NCBI GenBank assembly: GCA_946645685.1 | Contig: CAMPCJ010000003.1 | Location: 1 to 58,481, forward strand | Reading direction: 5' to 3' | DNA from: an uncultured Clostridia bacterium | GTDB taxonomy: Bacteria > Bacillota > Clostridia > Oscillospirales > SIG627 | Length of the DNA: 58,481 nt | Shown: positions 56,400-58,481 of the stretch, one piece after another | How the letters are laid out: each line of letters opens with the position of its first letter | Position numbering within the stretch: position 1 is the stretch's first letter | Position numbers and translations under genes: made by a program | Notes under the pieces: generated by a model | Told to the model about the DNA's origin: nothing | Database searches by the model: none | The model's input: the letters and a program-made list of their open reading frames with translations, nothing else

Positions 56400-56803
56400 A
56401 GAAGAAAAACGCGATGACCCTTCTTTGCCTGATCGGGTGGACCGTCTTCCTGGGCGGGATCTATCTGGCGCTGGCGGAAACGCCTTACACGATGTTCGTA
56501 TCGATGGTTTACGCCGTTGCAGGCACCGTTTTGTTCGTGTTCTTCCTCCTGGTCAACGGCGGTGCGCGCTCTCTTCCCAGCGTGGAGGAGCGCCGGGCGC
56601 TTGCGGCGGAAGAAAAGAAGGACAACGGGAAGGGCGACGCAAAGCGGGATAAGGCTCATGACCCGCCTTCCCGCCCTGATCTGTTCCATTTGGGTGCGGA
56701 AAAGCAGGATAAGGTCGCTCGTCTCCTTTTGATTTTGGCTGCTCCCTTCTTTTTCGTGCTTGCCGCCGATTATATTTATCTACACTTTTTCTGGAAGGAT
56801 TGA
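56396..56803 (+). CDS. Hypothetical membrane protein (3 TM)
   Basis: Translationally coupled between recD2 and walJ; hydrophobic segments. Confidence 0.7.
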   Translation: MKKKNAMTLLCLIGWTVFLGGIYLALAETPYTMFVSMVYAVAGTVLFVFFLLVNGGARSLPSVEERRALAAEEKKDNGKGDAKRDKAHDPPSRPDLFHLGAEKQDKVARLLLILAAPFFFVLAADYIYLHFFWKD

Positions 56804-56806
56804 CCA

Positions 56807-57607
56807 ATGGATTGTTATACGCTTTTTTCAGGCTCTTCCGGGAACTGCATCTACGTCAAGGAAGGGGAAAACGAGATCCTGATCGACGCGGGAGCCAACT
56901 GCAAGAAAATATCGCTCGCTCTCTCTTCCATCGGAACGGATCTTTCCCGGATCAGCGCGGTTTTGCTCACCCATGAACACATCGATCACGTTGCGGCGCT
57001 GCCGGTGGTTTTGAACGCCCGCCCCGTTCCGGTGTACTGTCAGGAAAAGGTGGCGAAGGAGATCTACTTCGGCTACCAGATGCACGATAAACCCAAATGG
57101 GCGGAAAACTTTGCCAAATGCGTGCGCACGGTAGAGCCGGATAAGGAATATGAGATCGGAGATCTTGTTTTTGCCCCCTTTCGCACCCCACACGACAGCG
57201 TTGACAGTGAAGGATTTGTCTTGCAGGAAGGGAAGCTGGGGATCGCCACGGACCTGGGCTTTGTCTCTCCGGAGGTTCGTCGGGCGCTGCTTGGATGCGA
57301 AAACGTGATCCTGGAAGCCAATCACGACCTGGAAATGCTTTGGAACGGATCTTACCCGTATCAATTGAAGGAGCGCGTCGCCTCCGATACGGGACATTTG
57401 AATAACGACGCCTCCGCCGCCTTTGCCGTTGAAATGCTGTCCGCCGGCTGCGGCAGCTTCACGCTGTTTCATTTGTCCGCGGAAAACAATACGCCTCTCC
57501 TGGCGCGGGATGCGTACCTCGCCCGCCTTTCCGAAGCGGGCGCGAGGGAGGGAAGAGAGTATACCCTTAAGATCGCGCAGCGAAGCGGGGTGACGAAAGT
57601 CCTATGA
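56807..57607 (+). CDS. walJ: MBL-fold hydrolase WalJ/YycJ
   Basis: SGSSGN, THEHIDH, PHD, ATDLG, LEANHD, YPYQLKERV, GHL; adjacent to rlmH. Confidence 0.85.
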   Translation: MDCYTLFSGSSGNCIYVKEGENEILIDAGANCKKISLALSSIGTDLSRISAVLLTHEHIDHVAALPVVLNARPVPVYCQEKVAKEIYFGYQMHDKPKWAENFAKCVRTVEPDKEYEIGDLVFAPFRTPHDSVDSEGFVLQEGKLGIATDLGFVSPEVRRALLGCENVILEANHDLEMLWNGSYPYQLKERVASDTGHLNNDASAAFAVEMLSAGCGSFTLFHLSAENNTPLLARDAYLARLSEAGAREGREYTLKIAQRSGVTKVL

Positions 57608-58098
57608 ATTTCGTGATCATCAGTGTAGGCGAACAGAAGGAGTCCTATTACCGGGAAGCCTTCGCCGAGTATGAGAAACGTATGCTTTCCTTAGGGGGAC
57701 TTGAAAGCGTCGTGATCAAACCCGCCGCCACCCCCGGCAGAGAATTGAAGCCGGAGGAGATCCGGCAGGCTTTGGAAAAGGAGGGGGAAGCGATCCGCCG
57801 CGCTCTGTCCCAGCCTCGTTTTTCCCGCTATTGGAAGGTCGCTCTTTGTGTAGAGGGAAAGCCCCTTTCCTCGGAAGGGCTTGCCGAGAAGCTGGATCAC
57901 GCCGCCCTTTCCGGCAAAAGCGGCGCCGTCTTTCTCATCGGATCCTCCTGGGGCTTGGACGAAAGCGTCAAGGCGGCAAGCGATCTTCGGCTGTCCTTTT
58001 CATCCATGACTTTTCCCCATTCGCTTTTCCGGGTCATGCTGGCGGAGCAGATCTACCGGGCGGCAAATATCCTGTCCGGCGGAAAATATCACAAATAA
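57604..58098 (+). CDS. rlmH: 23S rRNA (pseudouridine1915-N3)-methyltransferase
   Basis: EYEKR, LSFSSMTFPH, L.EQIYRA, YHK. Confidence 0.96.
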   Translation: MNFVIISVGEQKESYYREAFAEYEKRMLSLGGLESVVIKPAATPGRELKPEEIRQALEKEGEAIRRALSQPRFSRYWKVALCVEGKPLSSEGLAEKLDHAALSGKSGAVFLIGSSWGLDESVKAASDLRLSFSSMTFPHSLFRVMLAEQIYRAANILSGGKYHK

Positions 58099-58152
58099 AA
58101 ACCTATATCCGCTCCTTTTCGGTTCCTGCTGTTTTAAAACTGAGAGCCGAAA

Positions 58153-58189
58153 AAAGACCTCACCAAAACATGTTTTGGTGAGGTCTTTT
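58153..58189. terminator. Bidirectional terminator
   Basis: AAAAGACCTCACCAAAAC-at-GTTTTGGTGAGGTCTTTT. Confidence 0.88.
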
Positions 58190-58245
58190 GCTTCAAACGG
58201 CGCTTCAATCCTTAAAAGAGCGCCGTCGTACCGATTTGGTAAGGT

Positions 58246-58481
58246 TTATTTCGGACCGAGAGTGACGGTGGAAGTGCCGGTCTCAGCGTTGTAGTTTGCC
58301 AAGTAGTTCTTTAAGCGGACGATGTCCTTGCTGCTGATCACGCCGTCCCCGTTGGCGTCCGCCCCGGGGGAAAGCTCCACGGTGGAAGTGCCGGTCTCAG
58401 CGTTGTAGTTTGCCAGGTAGTTCTTCAAGCGGACGATGTCCTTGCTGCTGATCACGCCGTCCCCGTTGGCGTCCGCCCCGG
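58246..58481 (-). CDS. C-terminal dockerin domain of a larger protein (5' part outside the window)
   Basis: Two copies of GADANGDGVISSKDIVRLKNYLANYNAETGTSTV. Confidence 0.85.
   Translation of the reverse strand, partial: GADANGDGVISSKDIVRLKNYLANYNAETGTSTVELSPGADANGDGVISSKDIVRLKNYLANYNAETGTSTVTLGPK
58265..58481 (-). repeat. Near-identical 114-nt tandem repeat encoding dockerin repeats
   Basis: Units start at 58265 and 58379; only two synonymous differences seen across the ~103 aligned nt. Confidence 0.9.

Noticed and set aside
58078-58098. rlmH 3' end as an occupied SCC-like integration site
   Set aside because: The TATCACAAATAA end is simply the conserved YHK-stop. No recombinase, duplicated att site or compositional shift is visible in the remaining ~380 nt.
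58265-58481. Tandem repeat as a CRISPR array or mobile-element end
   Set aside because: The period is 114 nt, in frame, with no unique spacers; it encodes dockerin repeats.

Overview
GC-rich (roughly 55-60% by eye) chromosomal window from an endospore-forming clostridial bacterium (Oscillospirales/Ruminococcaceae-like, inferred from gene content). Most of it is core genome. Sporulation genes include ylbJ, yqfC-yqfD, a complete spoIIIAA-AH operon, an uninterrupted sigK, sipL-like, spoIIQ-like, yabPQ-divIC and sleC-like genes. Housekeeping genes include phoH-ybeY-era-recO-mutS2, rplS-lepB-rbgA-rnhB-yraN, radA, lplA, mrp, recD2, walJ and rlmH. The stand-out accessory locus is 12.2-22.2 kb: a GH28-like beta-helix enzyme followed by two tandem copies of a two-gene cassette (secreted neutral-ceramidase-family metalloamidase plus secreted solute-binding-protein-like protein). 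All four cassette proteins carry only ONE dockerin-type repeat at the mature N-terminus. The enzymes carry a 'first-repeat' style half (IGDVDGDG) and the binding proteins a 'second-repeat' style half (LTPxQAxDVDGDG). This suggests a split dockerin reconstituted in trans between an enzyme and its partner. Other notable items are an Lnt N-acyltransferase in an apparently monoderm Firmicute, an NlpC/P60-like gene missing from the ORF track, a dockerin made of near-identical 114-nt repeats at the right edge, a sigmaA promoter embedded in yqfD, and a WalR-type box upstream of a cell-wall hydrolase. No tRNA, rRNA, CRISPR array or mobile element was seen. All family assignments come from motif recognition by eye, not from database searches.
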